Shown here piece after piece: positions 31,701 through 40,257 of a DNA stretch of 64,000 bases. How positions within the stretch are numbered: position 1 is the first letter of the stretch; every line of letters begins with the position of its first letter. The stretch spans positions 192,796 through 256,795 of the forward strand of contig CAWFEX010000011.1 of the NCBI GenBank assembly GCA_963814955.1, in the 5' to 3' direction. The stretch comes from an uncultured Acidobacteriota bacterium (lineage in GTDB: Bacteria; Acidobacteriota; Vicinamibacteria; Vicinamibacterales; UBA2999). The position numbers were made by a program, and so were the translations under genes. Under the pieces are notes generated by a model, which worked only from the letters and a program-made list of their open reading frames with translations, was not told where the DNA came from and did no database searches.

Positions 31701-31947
31701 AAGTCCACAGTGCTTTCGTGCGAGCCAGAAGCGGAGCGATCGAATCTAACGTGCGCATCTTCTCGAGGCTACCCGCGTCGCCGTACTGGTCTGTGGGGGT
31801 CACCGGCCACTCGGCTTTGCAGTTTGAGCAAAGCCAGTGGAGGTGAAGTCTTTCGCCGTCAATGGTGCGCCGAAGATCGACAGTCCCTCGGACGTCGCAC
31901 TGAATGCAGCGACCCGGCCTTCGAAGCGAAACCTGGGTGTTCAGCAT
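31654..31947 (-). CDS. Small zinc-ribbon protein (paralogue 2)
   Basis: MLNTQVSLRRPGRCIQCDVRGTVDLRRTIDGERLHLHWLCSNCKAEWPV. The C-terminal tail is longer than in paralogue 1 and may be frame-affected. Confidence 0.5.
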   Translation of the reverse strand: MLNTQVSLRRPGRCIQCDVRGTVDLRRTIDGERLHLHWLCSNCKAEWPVTPTDQYGDAGSLEKMRTLDSIAPLLARTKALWTWVTLGLRSTSRPSSG

Positions 31948-32385
31948 TTGTGTCGATGGCGCGAGAGATCCCACAAGGCCGCATCGGGTGGAGGCCAGCT
32001 ATGCGCTGGGGAGATCCCGCACTGCCCGCCGTGGGAGATCCCTCGCAGTCGCGGTCTGGAGCGAATTTAGTGCCGGTTCACGCGCGACAAAGACCGGCCG
32101 AAATCCGGCGGCCGACACCAGAAGTCGCCGGGCGCATGCCCTTTTTTCCTGGCAGCGCCGGAATGCGCTACGCGCACGCGATGATGAATGCCTGTTCCGA
32201 GATGGAACACGGCCGATCGCGCGCCTCTTTCCACTGGCCACTTGACCTCAAGGCAAGGCGACGCAACCTAAAAGAATCAGGAGAAATCGAATTGTTCACG
32301 GACCTGTGTGCTGGAGATCGTGCAACTCTTGACGTTGCGGAAGCCTGCTTGATAGTGCAATACATTGCAATATACGCTTCAATCA

Positions 32386-32556
32386 GTGACGCCCAAGACC
32401 GCCAGCACCTTTCGTATCGACGACGAGCTGCTCGAAGCTCTCCAGAAGGTCAAGGAACGCGACGGCATTCCGCTATCAGAACAGGTACGTCGAGCACTAA
32501 AGATGTGGCTCGAGTCGAAAGGCGTCAGGCCGAAGCTGCCGGACCGAAGGAAGTAG
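32386..32556 (+). CDS. Ribbon-helix-helix (CopG/Arc-like) protein
   Basis: STFRIDDELLEALQKVKERDGIPLSEQVRRALKMWLE shows a beta-strand plus two helices, the RHH pattern. A GTG start at 32386 is preferred over the track TTG at 32365. Confidence 0.65.
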   Translation: MTPKTASTFRIDDELLEALQKVKERDGIPLSEQVRRALKMWLESKGVRPKLPDRRK

Positions 32557-32619
32557 CAGATCGGAGACGCCGGATGCAGTGAACACCCGACGGCTCCTGA
32601 GCAAGCAGCACGCGTACAC

Positions 32620-32868
32620 GTGCCGACGAGCCTGACGAAGAGTACCACGCCAGACCCTCCGGCCTTCACACTGGAGGCCGTTATGACATCCGCGAAACCT
32701 ACAGTCGTTCCCACCCATCCCTCTCCGCGTGAGCTCGCCAGCGACTTGCAGCTGCAGCTCTTCGAACAGGCGGCGGCTGCGAGGTTGATTGCCAGACTGC
32801 TCGCGAACTTGCACAAACCGACAGCAATCTTAAGCCAGTCGCCAACGAAGTACTCGACGGCCTCGTGA
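32620..32868 (+). CDS. Hypothetical protein
   Basis: 82-aa ORF between the RHH gene and the integrase fragment, with no recognisable domain. Coding status is uncertain. Confidence 0.25.
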   Translation: MPTSLTKSTTPDPPAFTLEAVMTSAKPTVVPTHPSPRELASDLQLQLFEQAAAARLIARLLANLHKPTAILSQSPTKYSTAS

Positions 32869-32944
32869 CCGTCGCACATGGAATCGCGCGCACATGCTCG
32901 GAGGCCGGCGAAAGCATGTCGACGTTCATGAGTGACGGTGCGCG

Positions 32945-33535
32945 ATGAGTGCCACTCGGAAGCGTCGTCGCGTCGGCGGTCTGCGGAAGCGCTGCGAACA
33001 TCGGCCGGAACAGTGGCCGAAGTGTTCGCACGCGTGGCATATCAACTTCCAATGGCGGGGCGTGCACTACCGCATCAGCCTCGATCGGCATCTCGGCAAA
33101 CACATTGAAGCGAAGAGTGACGCCGAGGACGCCGCGGCGGACATCAAGAAGGCGATCAAGGCGGGGAAGTTCGGAGAGCAGCTGCCGGCAAAAGAAGTGC
33201 TCACCCTGGAGCAACTGCTGTCGACCTACATCAAGGAGTACGTCACGCCCGAACGCCCGCGCTCGCTCGTCAACGCGAAGTATCAGGCCGGTGCAATCGG
33301 TCGCCACGAGCTGACGCTGCCGACAGCCGAGCGGCGCAGGTTTGGTGCCTGGCTCGTGGCGGACGTCACGACCGGCGCGCTGGAGAAGTTCCGAGCGGCG
33401 AGCCGTGTCACGAGCCTCGTGAAATCGAAGGACAAGGACGGCAACCCGAGACGAGCTCGTCGCCAAGCTGCAGCTAGTCGAGCCCGGCGCGTCGGGCTTC
33501 GAGTTCCAACGCGTCGGGGTCGAGGTCCACGGTGA
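32945..33535 (+). pseudogene. Tyrosine integrase, N-terminal fragment only
   Basis: GLRKRCEHRPEQWPKCSHAWHINFQWRGVHYRISL... followed by a core-binding SAM-like region (LTLEQLLSTYIKEYV). The catalytic R..HxxR..Y domain is absent in all frames downstream. Confidence 0.6.
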
Positions 33536-33575
33536 CGAGGAAGTGCGGGAGACAGAGGCGTTCGACGGTCGAGGG

Positions 33576-33758
33576 CTACTGTTTCGGCGCGCCCGGTTCG
33601 TCAGTGGACCACCAGTGCCCGCAGGCGGGACAGTGAAAGATCAGCATATGCCGAAGCTTATTCTCGATGAGGGCAACCGGGCGCTCGCACACGGAGCAGA
33701 CGAGGCCGGTGTGCTTCGGTGTGTCGGTGGTGCGCGGCGGACCATCCTGAGTGGGCAT
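33576..33758 (-). CDS. Small zinc-ribbon protein (paralogue 3)
   Basis: MPTQDG...LVCSVCERPVALIENKLRHMLIFHCPACGHWWS. The start ATG overlaps the stop of the upstream ORF (ATGA). Confidence 0.5.
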   Translation of the reverse strand: MPTQDGPPRTTDTPKHTGLVCSVCERPVALIENKLRHMLIFHCPACGHWWSTDEPGAPKQ

Positions 33759-34171
33759 CACTCTCGACCGGGCGTATCGTCGTATTCCGGTACGAGGCGC
33801 CAGCCCAACTTCCAGTTCTGGGCCTGCAACTGGTCGCTCCAACGGAGTGCGCTGGTCCAGTCGTTGAAGACTCGAGACCCGAGCTTGTGGCCGTTGAGGA
33901 ACCAGGTGACGACCGCTCCGTCAGCGCGCGGACTAAGCACCGCATGCGACAACAACAGGCCATCGGCGCGATGCATTCGCCACATGACGGTCGGCGCGTT
34001 ATACACCAACTGATTGGGCACCGCACCCAAGAGGCAAGGCAGATACCAGGACAGAAAATGCCCCTTTACGCCGAAACCGAACAACGCCCGTCTTGGAAGG
34101 CGGCCAACGGGCAGACAAAGGTCAGGCCCAGATGGGGGGCGGACTGTGACCGATAGACGCGCTAGGCGCAC
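33758..34171 (-). CDS. Hypothetical protein translationally coupled to zinc-ribbon paralogue 3 (start uncertain)
   Basis: Core MWRMHRADGLLLSHAVLSPRADGAVVTWFLNGHKLGSRVFNDWTSALRWSDQLQAQNWKLGWRL, with no domain I can name. An alternative start lies at 33985. Confidence 0.4.
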   Translation of the reverse strand: MRLARLSVTVRPPSGPDLCLPVGRLPRRALFGFGVKGHFLSWYLPCLLGAVPNQLVYNAPTVMWRMHRADGLLLSHAVLSPRADGAVVTWFLNGHKLGSRVFNDWTSALRWSDQLQAQNWKLGWRLVPEYDDTPGRE

Positions 34172-34206
34172 GCTTGAATTCGCGACGTGGCGCCCACTGA
34201 AGCGAG

Positions 34207-34437
34207 GTGATACCGATGCCTAGCGCGGTCGCCGATCGCCACGCAGAACGCGTTTTGGAAAGCCTCTGCGCCTTCTGTCTCCAGCCCTTCGAGCCGACGC
34301 GCCCGCATCAACGGTTCTACCGGCCGTCATGTCGAAAGGCGCATTTCGATCAACGTCGGGAGCGCCGACCGGATCTGTTCCTGGCGTGTGCGGATGCGAT
34401 TGAATCAGCCGTCTTTGACCAACTGAATAGCCGGTGA
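34207..34437 (+). CDS. Small Cys-containing protein (zinc-finger-like C..C...F.P.R..QRF...CR)
   Basis: 76-aa ORF. The CAFCLQPFEPTRPHQRFYRPSCRKAH pattern is seen in small phage/plasmid proteins, but the second Cys pair is imperfect. Confidence 0.35.
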   Translation: MIPMPSAVADRHAERVLESLCAFCLQPFEPTRPHQRFYRPSCRKAHFDQRRERRPDLFLACADAIESAVFDQLNSR

Positions 34438-34479
34438 AAGCCGAAGGCCAGAAGCGGCTGCAGAGGAAACGAAGACAGG

Positions 34480-34668
34480 TTAGGTGCTGAGGGCATCGGG
34501 ACAGTCCCACGCGTGCTCACATGCTGGACAAAAGCGCATCATCCCGCCGTAATGGGTGGCGACGACCAGCGCCTTGCGCGACTGACACTGAGGACATTCC
34601 AGACGAAGAATTAGACCCGGGTCTGCTTTCGGAGTAGTTGCGGACGGCGGAGGATGCGTAGAGGCCAT
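34480..34668 (-). CDS. Small zinc-ribbon protein (paralogue 4)
   Basis: ...LECPQCQSRKALVVATHYGGMMRFCPACEHAWDC shares the CxxC...CxxC-x2-W layout. Confidence 0.5.
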   Translation of the reverse strand: MASTHPPPSATTPKADPGLILRLECPQCQSRKALVVATHYGGMMRFCPACEHAWDCPDALST

Positions 34669-35280
34669 GTTGGACTTCTCGCTTCAGCAGTTGCTCCCTT
34701 AGGTGAGGTTCCCGGACATGGGCAGCTCAAATGGGACAGCTCAGGAAAAAGTGATTCACCTTAACACGCAACTCAACCTGGGCCGTTGCGAGCTTAGGCA
34801 GGCTCAGTTAGTGGACCGGAGGGAGCGAACGGCTTTGGCCGAATCCGCACCGGCGGCACACGGTATCGGGCATTTAGGGTCAGGCGAGGAGATCCTAGCC
34901 CAGATGTAACGATGCTTACGCGCAGTGTTTGACGGTTGCGTGGGAATCACAATGGCGCCAGTTGAAGAGCGAGGCCGCCGAGCGTTGGACCTGGAGCCGC
35001 ATTCCCGGTCAGCGAATGTCTAGGAGCGCGAGCGGATGGCTTTGATGAGTTCGGCGATCTCGCGCGTGAGCGTATCGAGGCGTTCTTCAACTCGACCCAA
35101 TCGTTGGAAGTTTTTGCGTACGACGGCCTCGATATTCTCAAACTCGATCCGGCTCACGTTCATCGCTTCGCCGGGGAGTTTCTTACGCCGTTTCGGAGAG
35201 GGGCGACGCTTGGCCACCGGCCGAGCTTAGCTCAGACGGCTGTGTTGAACAATGTGCCGGTAATTCGCCCTCGGACCGGC

Positions 35281-36378
35281 TTACAGCACGCAGGCCTTTC
35301 CCTCGGCAATAACGTCAGCCACTCTTGCCGGCCCAATCCCACTCACGTCCTCGAGTTCATTCACGGAACGAAACGGGTGAAGCTCTCGCAGGTCGACGAT
35401 TTCCAGCGCGCGGGCCGGACCGATGTGGATAACGCCCTGCAGCTGGACGAAGTCAGCGCGGTTGATGTCGATGCAGGAAGGTGGCGGCGATGCCTCCTGG
35501 ACAGGTGAGAGAGACGCGGCCGGCGGCGGCTCCGCGCGGTCTCCGCGCTCGACACGCACCGTATACGTACCGGTCGACTGTGCTTCAACGATCACCGTGC
35601 CATTGATGTCGGTGCGGTACACGCGCGCTCCGGCGTTCGTGTACAAGTCAAGCGCAGCCCGATCGGGCTGCCCGTAACTGTTCCCGGCGCCGGCGCTCAC
35701 GACGACCACTTCTGGTGAAAGCGCGGCGATACCTTCAGCGGTGTCTCCGTTGCTCGAGCCATGGTGACTGGCCTTGTGAACCTGAACCGGCTTCAGCCAT
35801 TCGGCCTGATGCGTTCGCCACCACGCCCATTCGCGCGGCTCTGCGTCACCTGCCATCGACAGCCGGAACGCGCCGTATGCGGCGACGAGCGCCACCGAGT
35901 TGTCGTTCTGATCCCAGTCCGGAATGCCCGGTGGCGGAACCACCATCAGCGACACCTTTCCCATCGTCACTCGTCGCACGGTCGGCTCGAGGAGCTGGCT
36001 GCCCGCAGCAGCGGCGGCTTCCAGGACGCGAGCGTGCGTCTGGGTGGACGCGGCAATACCGTTCTCGAGGTAGTACGGCGGTTTGAGCGCCCTCAGGACC
36101 ATAGGCAGGCCGCCGACATGGTCAGCGTGGTTGTGCGAGGCGATGGCCAGACCGACAGAGGAGATGCCGTTCGCGGCAAGGTAGTCTCGCATCCGTCCGG
36201 AACGTTCGCCGCCGTCATAGATCACGTTCTGGCCTGTCGGACTCTGGATGAGAACGCCGTCGCCTTGCCCCACATCGACGAAATGCACGCGGAGAAGCGC
36301 AGGCTCCTGTGTTGACAGGGTCTGCACCCACGCCAGGAGCAGTACAGCCGCGAGCAGAACACGACGGCCCGTTTTCAT
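35281..36378 (-). CDS. Secreted MBL-fold metallo-hydrolase (ComEC C-terminal-domain-like) fused to ComEA-type helix-hairpin-helix
   Basis: Start MKTGRRVLLAAVLLLA (signal peptide), VDVGQGDG, HNHADHVGG, HHGS, and a C-terminal INRADFVQLQGV.HIGPARA and VSGIGPARV HhH pair. Confidence 0.8.
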   Translation of the reverse strand: MKTGRRVLLAAVLLLAWVQTLSTQEPALLRVHFVDVGQGDGVLIQSPTGQNVIYDGGERSGRMRDYLAANGISSVGLAIASHNHADHVGGLPMVLRALKPPYYLENGIAASTQTHARVLEAAAAAGSQLLEPTVRRVTMGKVSLMVVPPPGIPDWDQNDNSVALVAAYGAFRLSMAGDAEPREWAWWRTHQAEWLKPVQVHKASHHGSSNGDTAEGIAALSPEVVVVSAGAGNSYGQPDRAALDLYTNAGARVYRTDINGTVIVEAQSTGTYTVRVERGDRAEPPPAASLSPVQEASPPPSCIDINRADFVQLQGVIHIGPARALEIVDLRELHPFRSVNELEDVSGIGPARVADVIAEGKACVL

Positions 36379-36669
36379 AAGAATCCCTTGCGACGGCGAT
36401 CTTGCCATCGCCGGCTCTCGATCACAGACCGAAGTTTTCCTGCCGGTCCGCGCGAAGAACCACGAAAGACGAGGGGATCGCCGCGAAAATATTGTGCGTG
36501 CAGTGTCGAAAGTGTACGCGCATTCCCGGCGCCGTCGGTCGAACGCTGAAGCGTCCGGTCCGGCCGAAATGGTTTGTGACCGTTGCAGTTGCGGCCATCG
36601 TGGAGGGGTGCAAAACTGCGCGGGCGCACCCCTTACCACCTGGCGGACGGCATGCAGAACGGTCGAGGT

Positions 36670-37359
36670 ATGACTCGACCATTTTCAACACCGGTTGCGC
36701 TGCTGATCGCGTTGGCGCTCGTGACGCCGGCGTGTTCGGGAGGAAGCAACAACGAGAACCCCCCGTCGGGCATGGTAACCGGGCCGTCGCCCACGCCGTC
36801 GCCATCGCCGACGCCGTCGCCAACTCCAGCTCCAAGTCCGACTCCGGGCTGCTCGGCCAGCGTTACCGGTCTGCCGACGTCGATACCCGGTGCTGGCGGC
36901 CGCTTCCAGTTCGGGATCGGCGCGTCGTCAGGCTGCTCGTGGACGGCTCGGACGGACGTCGGGTGGGCCGACGTTGCTCCTGGTTCCGGTCAGGGTAATG
37001 CCTCGCCGACGCTCAACGTCAACGCGAACACGACCTTTTTCACCCGGCAGTTCACGGTCAATGTGAACGGCCAGGTGATCCAGGCAACACAGGCTGGCGC
37101 CAACTGCTCCTATACGGTGGATCCGACGTCTCTCGAAGAAAGCTTTGAGGGCGGCAGAGCGTGGGTCAACGTCTCGACCACGGAAGGATGTGGTTGGACC
37201 GTGACCGCCAGCGAAGGCTGGATACGCGTGCTGACGACGAGCGGCGCGGGGAGCGCGACGATTTTCATTGAGTTGTCGCCGAACAGCGGCGACGTGCGGA
37301 ACGCCTTCCTGACGGTCGCAGGCCAGCGCGTGGACATCAGGCAGCGGCGTCGCGGCTGA
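36670..37359 (+). CDS. Lipoprotein with Pro/Ser/Thr linker and two C..W-type beta-domain repeats (BACON-like, tentative)
   Basis: Lipobox LVTPAC, a PSPTPSPSPTPSPTPAPSPTP linker, and the repeats SSGCSWTARTDVGWA and TEGCGWTVTASEGWI. Confidence 0.6.
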   Translation: MTRPFSTPVALLIALALVTPACSGGSNNENPPSGMVTGPSPTPSPSPTPSPTPAPSPTPGCSASVTGLPTSIPGAGGRFQFGIGASSGCSWTARTDVGWADVAPGSGQGNASPTLNVNANTTFFTRQFTVNVNGQVIQATQAGANCSYTVDPTSLEESFEGGRAWVNVSTTEGCGWTVTASEGWIRVLTTSGAGSATIFIELSPNSGDVRNAFLTVAGQRVDIRQRRRG

Positions 37360-37392
37360 CACAACAACACCGGGACCGGTTTCATGACCATA

Positions 37393-37414
37393 GGGCGGGC
37401 CTTGACGGCCCGCC
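37393..37414 (+). terminator. GC-rich hairpin after the lipoprotein gene (terminator candidate, no U-tract)
   Basis: gggcgggcc-ttgac-ggcccgcc lies 34 nt after the stop codon. It lacks a T-run. Confidence 0.3.
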
Positions 37415-37435
37415 TGTGGCGCGTACGGCCTAACA

Positions 37436-37460
37436 CCTACTGCCTACTGCCTACTGCCTA
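37436..37460. repeat. CCTACTG heptamer x3.5
   Basis: cctactgcctactgcctactgccta sits in the spacer before the VanZ gene. Confidence 0.6.
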
Positions 37461-37479
37461 ACGCTCGTACACTGATTCC

Positions 37480-37866
37480 ATGAAACTCGCCCTGGTGACC
37501 TGGGCAGCGCTGTGGGCGTATGTGGCTTCACCTTTTCGCTCGTTCAGACTTCGGCCATCGTTCGAGAATGTGTCGTTGGTTCCGTTCACTGACGGCTCGC
37601 CCCGCGGAATCATTCTCAACATCCTTGCCTTCGTCCCGCTCGGGTTCTTTTGCGCTCGTTTGGGATGGAGCCCGAGGGCCGTTATTTTGATCGGGTCTGG
37701 CGTATCCCTGCTCACCGAGGTGCTGCAGCTGTTCTCGACCCGCCGGCACCCCTCGGTCACCGATCTGATCCTGAATACGGTCGGCACCCTGATCGGGATG
37801 GTCGTGGCCAGCACCATGCACAACCCGGAAACGGTCAACACGAATCAAGAGCGTCTGCATCCCTGA
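37480..37866 (+). CDS. VanZ family membrane protein
   Basis: NILAFVPLGFF and E.LQLF...R..S..D...N..G..IG motifs. 128 aa with four TM segments. Confidence 0.7.
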   Translation: MKLALVTWAALWAYVASPFRSFRLRPSFENVSLVPFTDGSPRGIILNILAFVPLGFFCARLGWSPRAVILIGSGVSLLTEVLQLFSTRRHPSVTDLILNTVGTLIGMVVASTMHNPETVNTNQERLHP

Positions 37867-38225
37867 AGCGTGGAATCAATGGAACACGCACCTGCGGACA
37901 AAACTCCGCGGTAGGTGAGACTTTCGATTACAACCTTGTCGCTCACGGTCTGCCCGCTGGCCAGACCAACGAACATGATTGGAATGCGTCTTGATCAGTG
38001 CCTGGATTGTTTGGGAGGGGATGGATGGGAGCCGAGCTCGCAGCCTCTACGAACCACATGGAAAGACACTACATCGAGCGTTTCCAGATCGCGGTATTCG
38101 GCGGCCTGTTGGAATTTGCGTGGTGGTGTCGGAAGGCGTCAACGAACTTCGAACGCCGGCTCCTGCGCGCGGGCGTTTGGCTGATGGATTCGCAGAAACC
38201 TCGGCATCGCCGGTAGCGCCGATTC

Positions 38226-39722
38226 CTACTGCACCGCCGGATTCTTTCCAAAGAGCCGCCGCGTAATGAGCGGCAGCACCATCACTGCGATCGTCAAGAG
38301 GAACAACGCCAGCGCGATCGGCTGCTGAACGAAGATCGCCAGATTGCCTTCGGACACGATCAGCGTCCGCCGGACGCCGCGTTCGAGCAGCGGCCCAAGG
38401 ACGAGTCCCAGCACCAGAGGCACGGGCGAGTAGTCGAGCTTCAGCATCACGAAGCCCACAGCTCCCGCAACCAGGGCAATCGTAACGTCGCTCATCGAGT
38501 AGTGAATGGAGTAGACGCCAAAGATCACGATCCCAATCACCATGGGATAGAGAATGGCGGTCGAGATGTAGACGATGCTCGCGAGGACGGGAATCAGAAG
38601 CGTGGTCAGAAAGACCAGCATGATGTTGCCAATCCAGAACGAGCCGAACACAGTCCAGACGAAATCGGGATTCGTCGTGAAGAGCAGCGGTCCTGGCTGC
38701 AGCCCAACCATCAGCAACCCGCCCAGCAGTACAGCCGTCGTGCCTGACGCCGGAATCCCGAGAGCGAAAAGCGGGATCATCGCGGCATACGAGGCGCTGT
38801 TGTTTGCCGCTTCTGGCGCGGCGACGCCTTTAATCGAGCCCGAACCGAACTCGCTCGGCGTCCGCGAGTATTTCTTCGCGGTCGCGTACGCCAGCATCGT
38901 CGAAGCTGTGGCGCCGACACCAGGCACTACGCCGACGAAGAAGGCCACCAGCGAGCTCCAGATCAGCACCCATTTGCAGGTAACGAGGTCACGCAGATTC
39001 GGGAGCAGCGATCGGAAACTGTATTTCGCCAGTTTCGCGGTTGTCTGCTGCGAAAGACTGACGAACATTTCAGAAAGTCCGTACAAGCCGACGGCGACGA
39101 TGGTGAAGTCGATGCCGTCGAAGAGATCGACGAACCCAAACGTGAAGCGGGCCGGGCCTGCGATCGGATCGAGGCCAATCATGCCGATCCACATGCCGAG
39201 AAAAAGCGCGGTAAAGCCCTTGACGATGTTGCGTCCTCCGAGCACGGTTACGAGCGACAGCGCGAAGCACATCAGCGCCGTCATCTCGGTCGGCCCGAAG
39301 GCGAGCGCCGCCCGCGCAACGGGGACAGACAGCAGAGCCAGGAGCACGATCCCGATCACGCCGCCGATGAACGACGCGTAGACGCTCATGCCCAGCGCGC
39401 GGCCGGCTTCGCCCTTCTTGGCAAGGGCATGCCCGTCGATGACGGTCATCACGGATGGCGCGTCGCCGGGGATGCCAAGAAGGATCGACGTCACGGCGCC
39501 GCCAAACATCGCGCCGTAGTAGATTCCTGCCAGGCCTGCGATAGCAGCGGCTCCGCCAAAACCAACCGCCACCGGAAGCATGATGGCCGTGCCTGCCGCG
39601 GGTCCGATTCCGGGCAGCACTCCGACAATCAGGCCGACGACGACACCGATGAGGGTGGCAATGAGAAGGTCGGGCGAGGTTGCCCGCGAGATACCGTCCG
39701 CCAAGAGCGAAAGGGCGTCCAT
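38226..39722 (-). CDS. tctA: Tripartite tricarboxylate transporter, large permease TctA
   Basis: 498-aa polytopic protein. GVLPGIGPAAGTAIMLP and VPGVGATAS are TctA signature segments. Confidence 0.9.
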   Translation of the reverse strand: MDALSLLADGISRATSPDLLIATLIGVVVGLIVGVLPGIGPAAGTAIMLPVAVGFGGAAAIAGLAGIYYGAMFGGAVTSILLGIPGDAPSVMTVIDGHALAKKGEAGRALGMSVYASFIGGVIGIVLLALLSVPVARAALAFGPTEMTALMCFALSLVTVLGGRNIVKGFTALFLGMWIGMIGLDPIAGPARFTFGFVDLFDGIDFTIVAVGLYGLSEMFVSLSQQTTAKLAKYSFRSLLPNLRDLVTCKWVLIWSSLVAFFVGVVPGVGATASTMLAYATAKKYSRTPSEFGSGSIKGVAAPEAANNSASYAAMIPLFALGIPASGTTAVLLGGLLMVGLQPGPLLFTTNPDFVWTVFGSFWIGNIMLVFLTTLLIPVLASIVYISTAILYPMVIGIVIFGVYSIHYSMSDVTIALVAGAVGFVMLKLDYSPVPLVLGLVLGPLLERGVRRTLIVSEGNLAIFVQQPIALALFLLTIAVMVLPLITRRLFGKNPAVQ

Positions 39723-40189
39723 CAGATCCCGAAGACGCCTGTGACGAGCGGAACCTGCAGGTACACCGCGAAGAGGAAGTGACAGAGGATGGGGAAGGCG
39801 ACGGCGATGGCCAGAATCGTCGCCGCGGATCTTGCCGTCCAGCGAGGCTGGATCACGGCCGAAATGGCTGGAACCAGCAGGCCACTCGCGACGAGCATCC
39901 CCAACCAGGGCGTGATGACGATGAAGGCGGCGACGATCCCGACGATGGCGAGCGCCTTGTAAAGCCCGGTAGCGTCGAATTGCGCCTCGAGAACCTCGGT
40001 GCCGCGCAGGCTTCGCACCAAATTGGCCAGGCTCAGCGCGACAATCCCCACGCCCACCCAGAACGGAAAGAAGCCCGGGCCGGGAGTCGTCCCGCGCATG
40101 TATCCGTAGGCGAGGGCATTCCTGACTATGTGGAGACCGAGTGCGGCCAGACAGCCGGCAAACACGCGGTCGATTGTTGTCGTCGTCAT
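39722..40189 (-). CDS. tctB: Tripartite tricarboxylate transporter, small subunit TctB
   Basis: 155-aa four-TM protein between tctC and tctA. Its stop overlaps the tctA start. Confidence 0.7.
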   Translation of the reverse strand: MTTTTIDRVFAGCLAALGLHIVRNALAYGYMRGTTPGPGFFPFWVGVGIVALSLANLVRSLRGTEVLEAQFDATGLYKALAIVGIVAAFIVITPWLGMLVASGLLVPAISAVIQPRWTARSAATILAIAVAFPILCHFLFAVYLQVPLVTGVFGI

Positions 40190-40257
40190 TGGCGTTGGGT
40201 CGACCCGGGCGCGACCACCTCGAAGGTCGGCCGCCTAGCAGCGAAGCGAGGTCGCCC

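Larger units (their letters stand above)
27805..35280. mobile_element. Degraded integrative-element / accretion region downstream of tRNA-Pro(GGG)
   Basis: Starts at the tRNA 3' end. Contains a TnpB-like pseudogene, excisionase-type HTH remnants, an RHH gene, a truncated tyrosine integrase and many small orphan ORFs, and looks more AT-rich than the flanks. No distal direct repeat was found, so the right border is approximate. Confidence 0.45.

Noticed and set aside
37436-37460. CCTACTG x3.5 heptamer tract as a phase-variation or regulatory element
   Set aside because: It is very short, occurs only once in the window, lies in a spacer with no clear promoter, and shows no evidence of copy-number variation. 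It is recorded as a repeat feature only.
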